Assembly (NCBI GenBank): GCA_963697895.1
Contig: OY969100.1
Coordinates: forward strand, 2,016,001 to 2,080,000
Length of the DNA stretch: 64,000 nt
Direction of reading: 5' to 3'
Source of the DNA: an uncultured Methanomicrobiales archaeon
GTDB taxonomy: Archaea > Halobacteriota > Methanomicrobia > Methanomicrobiales > Methanospirillaceae
The notes below the pieces were generated by a model, which saw nothing but the letters and a program-made list of their open reading frames with translations, did not search any database and was not told the origin of the DNA. The stretch's first letter is position 1; every line of letters starts with the position of its first letter. The translations under genes and the position numbers were made by a program. Shown here one piece after another: positions 30,072-39,774 of this stretch.

Positions 30072-30956
30072 ATGGAACTAAACGGTGTACCGATTGATGA
30101 TACCTACGCTGAAGCATTTCCGATATGGATTTCGAGGGTCATTATCACTGCAGTAACAGAAGAATGGGCCTACAGGGCCGCAACTGAAGCGACAGGATTT
30201 GCGACATCTGCGATCGGCTGTCCGTGCGAGGCAGGAATTGAGAGTATGCTCAGCCCGGATGAGACCCCAGATGGAAGGCCCGGGGTATCAATCCTCATAT
30301 GCACGGCCAAGAAGAAAATGAAGGAACAGCTCATAGAAAGAATTGGAGAGTGTATTTTTACCGCTGCCACAACGGCGGTATTTGACGGTCTTCCGGAAGC
30401 AGAAGAAAAAATACCTGTGAAATTACACTTCTTCGGGGATGGATATGAATACAAGAAGGAACTGGGGGGACGACAAGTCTGGGCGGTGCCTATCATGTCC
30501 GGAGAATACATCGGTGAGGAAGAGTTCGGGATTATGAAGGGTGTTGCAGGGGGCAACTTCTTTGTGATGGGGGAGAATCAAATGGCTGCACTAATGGGTG
30601 CCCAGGCAGCGGTCGATGCAATAGGTTCTGTTTGTGGAGTAATAACGAGTTTCCCCGGAGGCATCGTAGCCAGCGGCTCGAAGGTGGGTTCGAACAAATA
30701 TAAATTCATTCCTGCGAGCACAAATGAAAAATACTGCCCAACCCTTCGTGATAAGGTCCCGGACAGCAAGGTGCCGAAAGGGGTGAATGCGATGTTCGAG
30801 ATAGTTATCGATGGTCTGGATGAGAGCTGCGTATCAGAGGCGATGGCAGAGGGAATCAGGGCGGCAGTCATGGTACCGGGAGTCAAATACATCAGTGCAG
30901 GAAATTTTGGAGGCACTCTCGGGCCATTTAAATTCGAACTGCATAAAATCCTTTAA
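30072..30956 (+). CDS. ftr: Formylmethanofuran:H4MPT formyltransferase
   Basis: MELNGVPIDDTYAEAF, TPDGRPG, GVAGGNF, SAGNFGG. Confidence 0.97.
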   Translation: MELNGVPIDDTYAEAFPIWISRVIITAVTEEWAYRAATEATGFATSAIGCPCEAGIESMLSPDETPDGRPGVSILICTAKKKMKEQLIERIGECIFTAATTAVFDGLPEAEEKIPVKLHFFGDGYEYKKELGGRQVWAVPIMSGEYIGEEEFGIMKGVAGGNFFVMGENQMAALMGAQAAVDAIGSVCGVITSFPGGIVASGSKVGSNKYKFIPASTNEKYCPTLRDKVPDSKVPKGVNAMFEIVIDGLDESCVSEAMAEGIRAAVMVPGVKYISAGNFGGTLGPFKFELHKIL

Positions 30957-31100
30957 TTTTATTTCTGCACCATTTCGATTTCTTTAAATATCTCATTACC
31001 GATTATTCTGTTAACGATAATTTCGGCGACAAAATTTTCCCTTCAGGGGGCATTCGAATTATCAGATCGGAGTATCGGGTAAACGGAAAGGCGGCGATAT

Positions 31101-31994
31101 ATGGCGAATATCCCTGATCCCTATCTCATTCGCTATCCGCAGATTGTGGCAGTTGCTGATGAGGCAGATGCCCGGATTGAGCTCATCGAATTTTTCGAAT
31201 GTACCGGCGGGGCGATGTGGTCAAAGTACCACTACATTCAGAGTCCACTGGTCGAGTCGGTGCGGCATGTCGGGGGGACCATCCGGTATATGCTGAAAAC
31301 GGGAGCGGTAGATCTCGCACTGGAGGGATCCCGATTCCCTGCAGGGATATCGGGGGCCTCTGTCAGCAACGACGAGATCATCATCAGCTATATCGGCATC
31401 GGCGGGGGTGGCGTCGGTGCTGCGGGATGCAGGGCAAATGCGGGGGGTGTGCTCCGGTGCGAAAGCGACCCTTCAGGGGGAGGACGACAGGCTGGTGCAA
31501 CGATCTGGCTTCCAAGGCAGACACGGGTCCTGATCGGGATCGATGACACGGATACCCCTGAACAGGGAGCTACCTGGACGCTGGTGCATAATATCGCGAA
31601 GGCAGTGGAAGATTGTGCGACCCGTTATCTCTCGCACACTATTGTACAGCTCTATCCCGTGCCGTACCGGACCAAGAACTGCGTCAGTCTGGTATGTGAA
31701 TTCGCTTCATCCGACCCCCTGACGCTTATAGAACGGTTTCGACAGCTCCTGGAACGGTATACCCTGTCAGACGAGACGGGTATGGCGGTGTTCAGCGGTT
31801 TCGATCCGTCTTTTCTGTATCCATTTGGAAGGAAAGTGAAATGTGGAGAAATCTCCCGGGATCTCCTGATGGAGATACGGGACCCGAGACTCCGCATCAT
31901 GATGAATGGCCGCGGTATTATCGGGGCGGTCGCGGCAATACCGTTCTATACCCGGTATGAGGAGGCGCTTGCACTGTGCGATGGGTCGAGCTGA
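31101..31994 (+). CDS. mmp11: Methanogenesis marker protein 11 (TiaS-like domain)
   Basis: YIGIGGGGVGA, IGIDDTDTPEQGATW, QLYPVPYRTKNC, GRGIIGAVAA. Confidence 0.8.
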   Translation: MANIPDPYLIRYPQIVAVADEADARIELIEFFECTGGAMWSKYHYIQSPLVESVRHVGGTIRYMLKTGAVDLALEGSRFPAGISGASVSNDEIIISYIGIGGGGVGAAGCRANAGGVLRCESDPSGGGRQAGATIWLPRQTRVLIGIDDTDTPEQGATWTLVHNIAKAVEDCATRYLSHTIVQLYPVPYRTKNCVSLVCEFASSDPLTLIERFRQLLERYTLSDETGMAVFSGFDPSFLYPFGRKVKCGEISRDLLMEIRDPRLRIMMNGRGIIGAVAAIPFYTRYEEALALCDGSS

Positions 31995-32947
31995 AAGCGG
32001 CGCTGCTCTCCCGGGGGACGGCCCGCCTGACCGGTGCGCCGGCAGATGCATATATAGCCCGCTCCGCGGCCGGCCCCGGGGCGGGAGGTTCAGGATCGGT
32101 TTTTTTTTCCCTGGACAACCGGTGCGTACGCCTTGCCGTAGATCCGAACAGCAGTATTCTCATCAACCATCAGGGATGCGGAAAGGCAGTGCTCGTTATG
32201 GACGGGAATACGTGGTATGGCAGGCTGGAACCAATCGGTCTCCATTGTCCCCGACAGGCATACATCACGATAAGCGGCAGCTGCATCTACCATTGCCGGT
32301 ACTGCCCTGTCCCGGCACAGGGAGGAAGGAGGAAATCAGTGAATGAGATAGTGGAGATGGTCAGTGTGGCGAAGGATCGCATCGATGCTATCGCTATTAC
32401 GAGTGGTGTCGCGACAGCGATCCGGGAGGAGGAGGTGTACATGATTTCGGTGATAAAAGCACTCATTCCACTGGGCATCCCGATGGGGGTATCGATATAC
32501 CCTACACCGGAGACTCCCCGCCTTCTCCATGAACTGGGGGTCGTGGAGGTCAAATTCAACCTCGAAACGGCGACCCCGGAACTCTTTACACGCCTCTGCC
32601 CCGGTCTTGACCGGGACCTGATGTGGCTGGTACTGAAAGAATCGGTGGATCTCTTCGGTCGGGGGCATGTCTTCTCCAACGTGATCATTGGACTCGGGGA
32701 ATCCGACGAGGAGATGCGCTCCTGCATACGCGCCCTGACGGCCATCGGGGTGATTCCGGTGTTGCGACCCCTGAACCCCGCGGCCGAACTCTCGGGATTT
32801 TCGCGTCCTTCACCAGAACGGCTGATGCGGCTTGCGGATTTCCACCAAAGAGCGCTTGAAGAGGCAGGACTGGATCCCTGTCAGGCAATTTCGATGTGCA
32901 CCGCCTGTACCGGGTGCGACCTGGTACCCGGGAGGGATATTCCATGA
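31976..32947 (+). CDS. Radical SAM protein, biotin-synthase-related
   Basis: CIYHCRYC, HCPRQAYITIS, VKFNLET, and C-terminal MCTACTGCD (possible auxiliary cluster). Confidence 0.85.
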   Translation: MRWVELKAALLSRGTARLTGAPADAYIARSAAGPGAGGSGSVFFSLDNRCVRLAVDPNSSILINHQGCGKAVLVMDGNTWYGRLEPIGLHCPRQAYITISGSCIYHCRYCPVPAQGGRRKSVNEIVEMVSVAKDRIDAIAITSGVATAIREEEVYMISVIKALIPLGIPMGVSIYPTPETPRLLHELGVVEVKFNLETATPELFTRLCPGLDRDLMWLVLKESVDLFGRGHVFSNVIIGLGESDEEMRSCIRALTAIGVIPVLRPLNPAAELSGFSRPSPERLMRLADFHQRALEEAGLDPCQAISMCTACTGCDLVPGRDIP

Positions 32948-34215
32948 GAGGAGAGGAGGCGATCGCAGAGGCGCTCATGATCTCTGCCGATCGTTGGTAC
33001 AGTGTCCCGGGGTTTCCTATCACGGGTCTCGGTGATCGGGTGGGTGCAGAAATGGTCATCAATGAGAAGACAGCGCTTGAGTATGCGCTCGGAGATTCTC
33101 TTACGGGACGAAGAGCGGCCATCATTGTCAAGAATGTAGGGTTGAATGCATGTGCCGACCCGCTCCTGCAGGCGACGGCACAGGGGCTCATCCGCGGGGT
33201 CGTTATTGTTGCGGGGGACGATCCCGATGCACAGGGATCCCAGACCGCCCAGGACTCGCGATACTACGGAGAACTCGGGGAACTACCGGTGATAGAACCG
33301 GACGTAAGAACCTGTTATACGGGTGTGGAAGCGGCGTTCCAGGCATCGGAGCAGTTTTCACGTGTTGCGATAGTGCGCATCACCCCGGGGATCCTCGGTA
33401 CGGTCGTCGATCGGCATCCCGTCGAACGGCAGGATCGGAATGGCAGGTTGTCCGACCGATCATGGACAATGCAGGGGCGGGTGACAGCCGCTGAAGAACT
33501 GTACCGGACGATGTTCACCTGGTCTTCCCGCTCTCCCCTGAACCGGTGGGAGGGGGATCCGGCAGGGGTAGGTGCGGCAGAAGGAAGGACCCGGATCGTG
33601 ACGGTTCACCCCATGCCGGAGCAGGCTGCCGGAATACCGGTGGTGCATGAATCCGGGCGGAGTTTTGTCCGGGACCACCGGGGGCTTCCGCCCCCGGAAC
33701 CGCAAAAAAGCCCGGAAAAACGGAAGGACAGAGGATATTACCGGACCTTCTGTGCATCGTGTCCGTTCAGACCCCTGCTGGATATCCTCAAAGAAACAGA
33801 TATTCAGGTGATCTGTGATGCGGGGTGTTCGGTGCTCGCGATGACCCCTCCCTATGAAATGGGCGTGGCCAGTTACGGGATGGGTGCGAGTATCGCCGTT
33901 GCCGCGAGAAGCACGGGGGTTGCTCTGATTGGTGACTACGCTATTCTCCATTCGGGAATAAACGCACTTATTGACGTATATGAGAAGAGAATTCCCCTGT
34001 TATGTATCGTGATGAAGAACCGATGTACAGCAATGACCGGAAAGCAGCCGATCCCGGATTCGATCCCTTATCTTGCCTGGGCAAAACCGGTCATCTGTGA
34101 TGCGGATGACGAGGGCCGGCTGCGGATGGTCATCAGACGCCCTGAAATGCCGGGAACCGTGATCGTAGAAGGCGAGTGTCCTGTCGGGGCCACGCACGCA
34201 TTCGTGGAATGTTAA
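32944..34215 (+). CDS. TPP-dependent enzyme, short IorA-like 2-oxoacid oxidoreductase/decarboxylase
   Basis: NEKTALE, KNVGLN, FCASCPF, DAGC, GDYAILHSG...NRCTAMTGKQ; no ferredoxin domain; no iorB nearby. Confidence 0.8.
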   Translation: MRGEEAIAEALMISADRWYSVPGFPITGLGDRVGAEMVINEKTALEYALGDSLTGRRAAIIVKNVGLNACADPLLQATAQGLIRGVVIVAGDDPDAQGSQTAQDSRYYGELGELPVIEPDVRTCYTGVEAAFQASEQFSRVAIVRITPGILGTVVDRHPVERQDRNGRLSDRSWTMQGRVTAAEELYRTMFTWSSRSPLNRWEGDPAGVGAAEGRTRIVTVHPMPEQAAGIPVVHESGRSFVRDHRGLPPPEPQKSPEKRKDRGYYRTFCASCPFRPLLDILKETDIQVICDAGCSVLAMTPPYEMGVASYGMGASIAVAARSTGVALIGDYAILHSGINALIDVYEKRIPLLCIVMKNRCTAMTGKQPIPDSIPYLAWAKPVICDADDEGRLRMVIRRPEMPGTVIVEGECPVGATHAFVEC

Positions 34216-34260
34216 CCGGGGTTCGTGGAATGAACAGGAATTGCATGGGGGAAACCTGAA

Positions 34261-35391
34261 ATGAAGCCGTGGAATATTGAGATCTGTGATGTAACGTTGA
34301 GAGACGGTGAACAGACTCCGGGGGTGTCGTTCACCTGTGAGGAGAAAGTGAAGATCGCCGGAGTGCTGGACGAGATCGGAATCGACGTCATCGAGGTGGG
34401 ATTTCCGGTCGTTTCTCCGTACGAAAAACACTGCGTGACAGCGATCGCTCACCTGGGACTGGATGCCCGCATCTGCTGCCTTGCCCGTGCACGAAAAGTG
34501 GATGTGGAGCAGGCGATCGACTGTGACGTCGGGATGGTGAGCATCTTCATCGCTACATCTGACCTCCATATCCGGCATAAATATAAGAAACCCCGCGAAC
34601 AGGTGGTTGGTGAAGCGCTGGAACTGATCGAATTCGCGCACGATCATGGTGTGGAGGTACGGTTCGCGGCCGAGGATGCATCCCGGACCGACCCTGTCTT
34701 CCTCGGGGAAGTGTACCGGCAGGGGCAGGAATACGGCGCCGACCTGCTTTCTTTCGCCGATACCGTCGGATGCCTTACGCCCCTGGATATGTACCGGATC
34801 ATGCTGGAACTGGTCTCCGCTCTCGATCGACCGCTCTGTGCACACTGCCACAACGATATGGGATGTGCGACGGCAAACACGATCACCGCCGCAGAGGCCG
34901 GGGCGTTCCAGCTGCATACAACGGTAAATGGTATCGGGGAACGTGCCGGCAATGCAGCGCTCGAAGAGGTGCTGGTCGCTGTCAGGATGCGTGGCGGAGT
35001 GGACCGGTATGATCTTTCTTATCTCACGGGTCTTTCACGGCTTGTCGAAGAGTATTCCGGGATACGGATTGCCAAGACCAAACCGGTCGTCGGTGAACAT
35101 GCCTTCTCGCACGAGAGCGGGATCCATATCGCGGCAATCCTCGAAGATCCATCCACCTATGAATATATCCCCCCTGAACTCGTAGGAGGCGAACGCCGGT
35201 TTATCCTTGGAAAACATACGGGAAAGAAGGCGCTCGAATATGTGGTCTCGACCCTCGGATATCAACTTGATGAAAAGCAGATATGCCGGGTTCTTGACGA
35301 AGTAAAGGAGCTTGGGGAGAGTAAATGCGGGATAACTCCCGATACGCTCACCGCCCTTATACGCCATGTACAAAAGGAGCAGATCGGATGA
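34261..35391 (+). CDS. aksA: (Homo)n-citrate synthase
   Basis: DVTLRDGEQTPG, HCHNDMG, GERAGNA, HESGIH; lacks the LeuA regulatory domain. Confidence 0.85.
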   Translation: MKPWNIEICDVTLRDGEQTPGVSFTCEEKVKIAGVLDEIGIDVIEVGFPVVSPYEKHCVTAIAHLGLDARICCLARARKVDVEQAIDCDVGMVSIFIATSDLHIRHKYKKPREQVVGEALELIEFAHDHGVEVRFAAEDASRTDPVFLGEVYRQGQEYGADLLSFADTVGCLTPLDMYRIMLELVSALDRPLCAHCHNDMGCATANTITAAEAGAFQLHTTVNGIGERAGNAALEEVLVAVRMRGGVDRYDLSYLTGLSRLVEEYSGIRIAKTKPVVGEHAFSHESGIHIAAILEDPSTYEYIPPELVGGERRFILGKHTGKKALEYVVSTLGYQLDEKQICRVLDEVKELGESKCGITPDTLTALIRHVQKEQIG

Positions 35392-36599
35392 GCACTCTTT
35401 CGGAACGGATCCTCTGCGGCACGGCAGGCGAGTATGTGGACCGGCATGTCGACCGTGCGTACGTGCATGACGGAACAGGGGTGCTGACCCTGGATGCATG
35501 GCGGAGATTGGGAGAGATGCCCGTGGCTTATCCGGAACAGTGTGCAATCATCTTTGATCACATCGTTCCGGCAAATACTGCCACGACAGCGATACTGCAA
35601 GCGGAGCTCCGTGAATTTGCCTCCTGTACCGGTATCCGGTTCTCTGAAATCGGTGGCGGGATCTGCCACCAGGTCATGAGCGAGGGAGAGGTGCTGCCCG
35701 GTGAGGTGGTGGTGGGCGCCGATTCCCACACCTGCACCCTCGGGGCCTTCGGTGCGTTTGCAACCGGTGTCGGGGCGACGGACATGGCCGCAATCTGGGC
35801 ATCAGGCTCCACCTGGTTCCGGGTTCCCGAGACACTCGCGATCCGGCTGTTGGGGAGGCTCACGGCTCCGGCCGAGCCAAAGGATCTCGCCCTAAAGTAC
35901 GTCGGGCTCCTTGGGATGGATGGCGGGGCATACCGGGCGCTCGAATTCGTGGGGGAAGGCGTGGAGAGCATATCGATGGACGGCAGACTCACCCTGTGTA
36001 ACCTGGCGGTTGAAACCGGTGCGAAGACCGGGCTCTTTTACGCGGACGGCACGACATGCCGGTATCTCGAGAGGTACGGGCAGACAATCCAACCCCAGGT
36101 CCCACAGGACTGCTGTTATGAGCGTGAGTATCCGATCGAGTGCAGCGAGATCGTTCCTCTGATTGCCATCCCGCCGCGGGTGGATACCATTCGTCCCGTA
36201 AGCGATCTAGCAGGTCTCGGAATCGACCAGGTTCTGGTGGGAACGTGCACAAACGGCCGCTTTGAAGATCTTGAGCGATTTGCACGGATCGTCCGGGGCA
36301 GGAAGGTTGCAGTCAGAACAATTGTTGCACCCGCCTCCCGCGAAATTCTGGAGAACGCAATCCGAACAGGGGTACTCGCCGATATCGTTGCAGCAGGCTG
36401 CACGATCATCACCCCGGGCTGCGGACCCTGTCTCGGTGCCCATGCAGGGGTGATCGGGGAGGGGGAGATCTGCCTTTCCACGGCAAACCGGAATTTCCGG
36501 AACCGGATGGGTGTCGGAGGGGATATATACCTCTCGTCGGTCGCCACCGCAGCGGCGAGCGCTTTGACCGGGGAAATCACCGAACCGGAGGTTTGCTGA
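35388..36599 (+). CDS. aksD: Homoaconitase large subunit
   Basis: DSHTCT, GTCTNGR, GCGPCLG, STANRNF. Confidence 0.88.
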   Translation: MSTLSERILCGTAGEYVDRHVDRAYVHDGTGVLTLDAWRRLGEMPVAYPEQCAIIFDHIVPANTATTAILQAELREFASCTGIRFSEIGGGICHQVMSEGEVLPGEVVVGADSHTCTLGAFGAFATGVGATDMAAIWASGSTWFRVPETLAIRLLGRLTAPAEPKDLALKYVGLLGMDGGAYRALEFVGEGVESISMDGRLTLCNLAVETGAKTGLFYADGTTCRYLERYGQTIQPQVPQDCCYEREYPIECSEIVPLIAIPPRVDTIRPVSDLAGLGIDQVLVGTCTNGRFEDLERFARIVRGRKVAVRTIVAPASREILENAIRTGVLADIVAAGCTIITPGCGPCLGAHAGVIGEGEICLSTANRNFRNRMGVGGDIYLSSVATAAASALTGEITEPEVC

Positions 36600-37069
36600 T
36601 GCGGATGGAAGGAACGGCGATCTGCCTCGGGCCGGATATTGATACCGACCAGATCATTGCCGGGCGGTATCTCAGGACGAAGGATCGGCGGATATGGGCT
36701 CTGCACGTCTTTGAAGATCTCGATCCGGGTCTTGCAAACCGCCTGGATGGTGCCGTGATCATCGCCGGGAAAAACTTCGGCTGTGGGTCCTCACGTGAAC
36801 AGGCTGCAATCGCCCTGAAAGAGGCGGGACTCAGGGGCGTTATTGCGCCGAGCTTCGCCCGGATATTTTTCCGGAATGCGATTAACATCGGGCTTCCCCT
36901 TGCCGAATGTTCCTGTTCCTGCGTTGAGGGGGCGTTCTTGAGCGCCGACCTCGGTTCAGGAATTGTCGAACTGAACGGGGAACGTTACCGAATCCGGCCA
37001 CTATCGCCCCGTATGCTCGAAATTCTCACATCCGGAGGGCTGGTGGAATACTGGAGGGAGAGAGGGTGA
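36599..37069 (+). CDS. aksE: Homoaconitase small subunit
   Basis: DIDTDQII, the YLRT homoaconitase specificity loop, NFGCGSSRE. Confidence 0.88.
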   Translation: MRMEGTAICLGPDIDTDQIIAGRYLRTKDRRIWALHVFEDLDPGLANRLDGAVIIAGKNFGCGSSREQAAIALKEAGLRGVIAPSFARIFFRNAINIGLPLAECSCSCVEGAFLSADLGSGIVELNGERYRIRPLSPRMLEILTSGGLVEYWRERG

Positions 37070-37881
37070 TCTTTCCGCGAGAGTGTAAGGAGGTCGGCTA
37101 TGCTTCGACAAAACCCTGTGGAGACCGGACGTATTTCCTCTCGAGGTACCTGATCCATGAGACCCCTGCCGGAGATGAGATCCTCGAGGTAGAGCCTGAC
37201 CCTGCCGGGACGGGATTGATGCGGGACCTGATCAGAACCCGGGTGATTGCCACCGCTGGGGATGTCCACCGGCATCCTGAAAAGGTGAACCTGTATGACC
37301 GTGCGCGTCTCGTACGGATTGCGTCCGAAAGCGGGTACAGGTGCACGATATTTTCCGGACGGGATGAACATACTACGTTTGTGCTTGATTCCGATCTCTC
37401 CTCTTTCCTTACGGTCCACGTCTATGATAATTTTCCCCCGCTGCCGGCCCTCTCGTCCGCCATCTGCGAACAGGAGGCGTGCGGGCTATACGGGGAACTC
37501 GACATTCTCTTCGAACATCATGTGCAGGATGTCGGAAGGAGGGCCGCCGACGTCTTCCCCTGCAGGGCTGCCGGCTTCTCGCGGACGCTCGACGCGGACC
37601 GGATGCAGGGGGGGGAGCGCATGGCAGGGTGCCTGACCGGGGCCCAGCTGTATCGTGAATGTTACGACGGGGAATTCACTCTGGAGGATATCTGCCCGGT
37701 CTCTTCGGTAATGTCAGAGCCCTTCATCACCCGCTGCTGCCGAAGCGAGCGTGAAGGGACAGGGATCCACCATGGGCGGTTCGGTACGATCGTTCACTGG
37801 GGTGCCAGTCCATGTACAATTCTCCGGGCAGTCCACGAGGTGGTTCGGGGGTGGAGGGAGCATGCAGATCGCGGTCGTTGA
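37066..37881 (+). CDS. Cys-rich hypothetical protein inside the aks operon
   Basis: Overlaps aksE (GTGA) and aksF; motifs FPC, GC, ICP, CC and VHWGA. Confidence 0.75.
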   Translation: MIFPRECKEVGYASTKPCGDRTYFLSRYLIHETPAGDEILEVEPDPAGTGLMRDLIRTRVIATAGDVHRHPEKVNLYDRARLVRIASESGYRCTIFSGRDEHTTFVLDSDLSSFLTVHVYDNFPPLPALSSAICEQEACGLYGELDILFEHHVQDVGRRAADVFPCRAAGFSRTLDADRMQGGERMAGCLTGAQLYRECYDGEFTLEDICPVSSVMSEPFITRCCRSEREGTGIHHGRFGTIVHWGASPCTILRAVHEVVRGWREHADRGR

Positions 37882-38833
37882 GGGGGACGGTATCGGCCAC
37901 GAAGTGGTACCGGTCGCACGGGATCTGCTTGCCGTGATGAGACCCGATTTTGAGTTTTTCCAGGTGGAGGTCGGGTTCGGACGGTGGGAGCGCGATGGTC
38001 ACGCGATCACCGATGAAGACATCCAAATGCTGGGATCCGCGGATGCAATCCTGTTCGGGGCGGTGACGACCCCACCCACTCCCGAATACCGGAGTGTGGT
38101 GGTTCAGATCCGGAAGGCACTCGATCTGTTCGCGAACGTCCGTCCTGTATCAGGGGACGATGTGGATCTGGTGATCGTCCGGGAAAATACCGAAGGGCTC
38201 TATACGGGGATCGAGACGATCGAGCCGGACCGGGCGACCACCCTCAGGGTGATAACCCGGAAGGGAACCGAGCGGATTGCCCGGTATGCCTGCGGTCTTG
38301 CCAGGCACCGGATGCACCTGACGATCGGTCACAAAGCGAATGTTCTCAAATCCGATCTGTTCTTCCGGGGTATCTGCCTGGAGGAGGCAAATCTCGCTGA
38401 CGTTCCCTGCGGGGAATGTCTCATCGATGCACTCTGCCTGGACGTTCTCCGCCATCCCCGGGCGTATGACGTGATCGTTACGTCGAACCTTTTTGGGGAT
38501 ATCCTCTCGGATGTCGCGGCATATCTGGTAGGTGGTCTGGGCATGCTCCCGAGCGCCAATATCGGTGATCGGCATGCCCTCTTTGAACCTGTACACGGGA
38601 GCGCCCCTGACATCGCAGGAAGGGACCTTGCAAATCCTGTCGCTGCGATACGGAGTGGAGCGATGCTTCTCCGCCATCTTGGGGATGACGGGTCGGCAAG
38701 AATGGTCGAGGACGCAGTCACAAAAACGCTTGCGCGTGGAGTAAAAACATGCGATATAGGTGGAAACGCAGGCACAAGGAGATTCGGGCGTGAGGTCCGC
38801 GATACATTGGCTTCAATGAAGCGACCCGGATAA
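37862..38833 (+). CDS. aksF: Homoisocitrate/isopropylmalate-family dehydrogenase
   Basis: GDGIGHEV, RENTEGLY, NLFGDILSD, EPVHGSAPDIAG. Confidence 0.85.
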   Translation: MQIAVVEGDGIGHEVVPVARDLLAVMRPDFEFFQVEVGFGRWERDGHAITDEDIQMLGSADAILFGAVTTPPTPEYRSVVVQIRKALDLFANVRPVSGDDVDLVIVRENTEGLYTGIETIEPDRATTLRVITRKGTERIARYACGLARHRMHLTIGHKANVLKSDLFFRGICLEEANLADVPCGECLIDALCLDVLRHPRAYDVIVTSNLFGDILSDVAAYLVGGLGMLPSANIGDRHALFEPVHGSAPDIAGRDLANPVAAIRSGAMLLRHLGDDGSARMVEDAVTKTLARGVKTCDIGGNAGTRRFGREVRDTLASMKRPG

Positions 38834-38921
38834 GGAACCATACCCTCATTGAACATCGGGATACCCGGGTGTTATTAAGGCGGAGTACAAAAAATGCCTC
38901 TGACAACGGAAGAGGTTTCCC

Positions 38922-39773
38922 ATGGTGAAAGTCGGTGTGCATGTCTCCATCGCGGGTTCGATCGCAAAGGCAGTGGACAGGGCTGGAGAAATCGGGTGTG
39001 ACACATTCCAGATCTTTTCCCGTAATCCCCGCGGATGGCAGTCCAAGCCGCTCTCCGAAGAGGATACTGCACGATTCCGGGATAACCTGGATCGGTCCGG
39101 AATCTGGCCGCCGGTCGATCATATGCCTTACCTTCCGAATCTTGCGACGGAAACCCCGGAGCACTATGAAAAGACTGTGATGACACTCACCGAGGAGCTT
39201 GTACGGTGCGAGCGGCTGGGAATTCCATACCTGGTGACACACCTCGGGCACTACCATGCCGGGGGTATCGGGCAAGGCCGCGAACGGGTTATCGCCGCCA
39301 TTAACGCCGCACTTACGGAAGTGGAAAACCCGGTCGTGCTTCTCCTGGAAAACACCGCTGGCGAGAAGAACGGGGTTGGGAACCGGTTCGAGGATATCAG
39401 GTCGGTGATCGAGGGAATAACTGACCAGAAGCGAATAGGGGTCTGTTTCGACACCTGCCATGCATTCGGTGCGGGATACGAACTCCGGACGGAGAAGGGG
39501 CTTGAACTAACCCTTGCCCAATTCGAGGCTGCAATCGGTATCGGTAAGATGAAAGCAGTTCACTGTAACGACTCCAAGGGCGACCTCGGGAGCGGCCTTG
39601 ACCGCCATGAGCATATCGGTCTCGGCTTCATCGGAGAGGAAGGGTTCCGGACTATTCTCCATCATCCTGTCTTCCGGGATCTCCCGCTCATCTGTGAGAC
39701 GCCTGTGGATGCCCGTCGGGGTGATAGCGGGAACATCCGGAAGGTCCGGGAGCTTGCCGGTCCTTTAAAGTAA
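38922..39773 (+). CDS. nfo: Endonuclease IV
   Basis: HMPYLPNL, LLENTAG, CFDTCHAF, HCNDSK, DRHEHIG, ET. Confidence 0.93.
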   Translation: MVKVGVHVSIAGSIAKAVDRAGEIGCDTFQIFSRNPRGWQSKPLSEEDTARFRDNLDRSGIWPPVDHMPYLPNLATETPEHYEKTVMTLTEELVRCERLGIPYLVTHLGHYHAGGIGQGRERVIAAINAALTEVENPVVLLLENTAGEKNGVGNRFEDIRSVIEGITDQKRIGVCFDTCHAFGAGYELRTEKGLELTLAQFEAAIGIGKMKAVHCNDSKGDLGSGLDRHEHIGLGFIGEEGFRTILHHPVFRDLPLICETPVDARRGDSGNIRKVRELAGPLK

Positions 39774-39774
39774 A

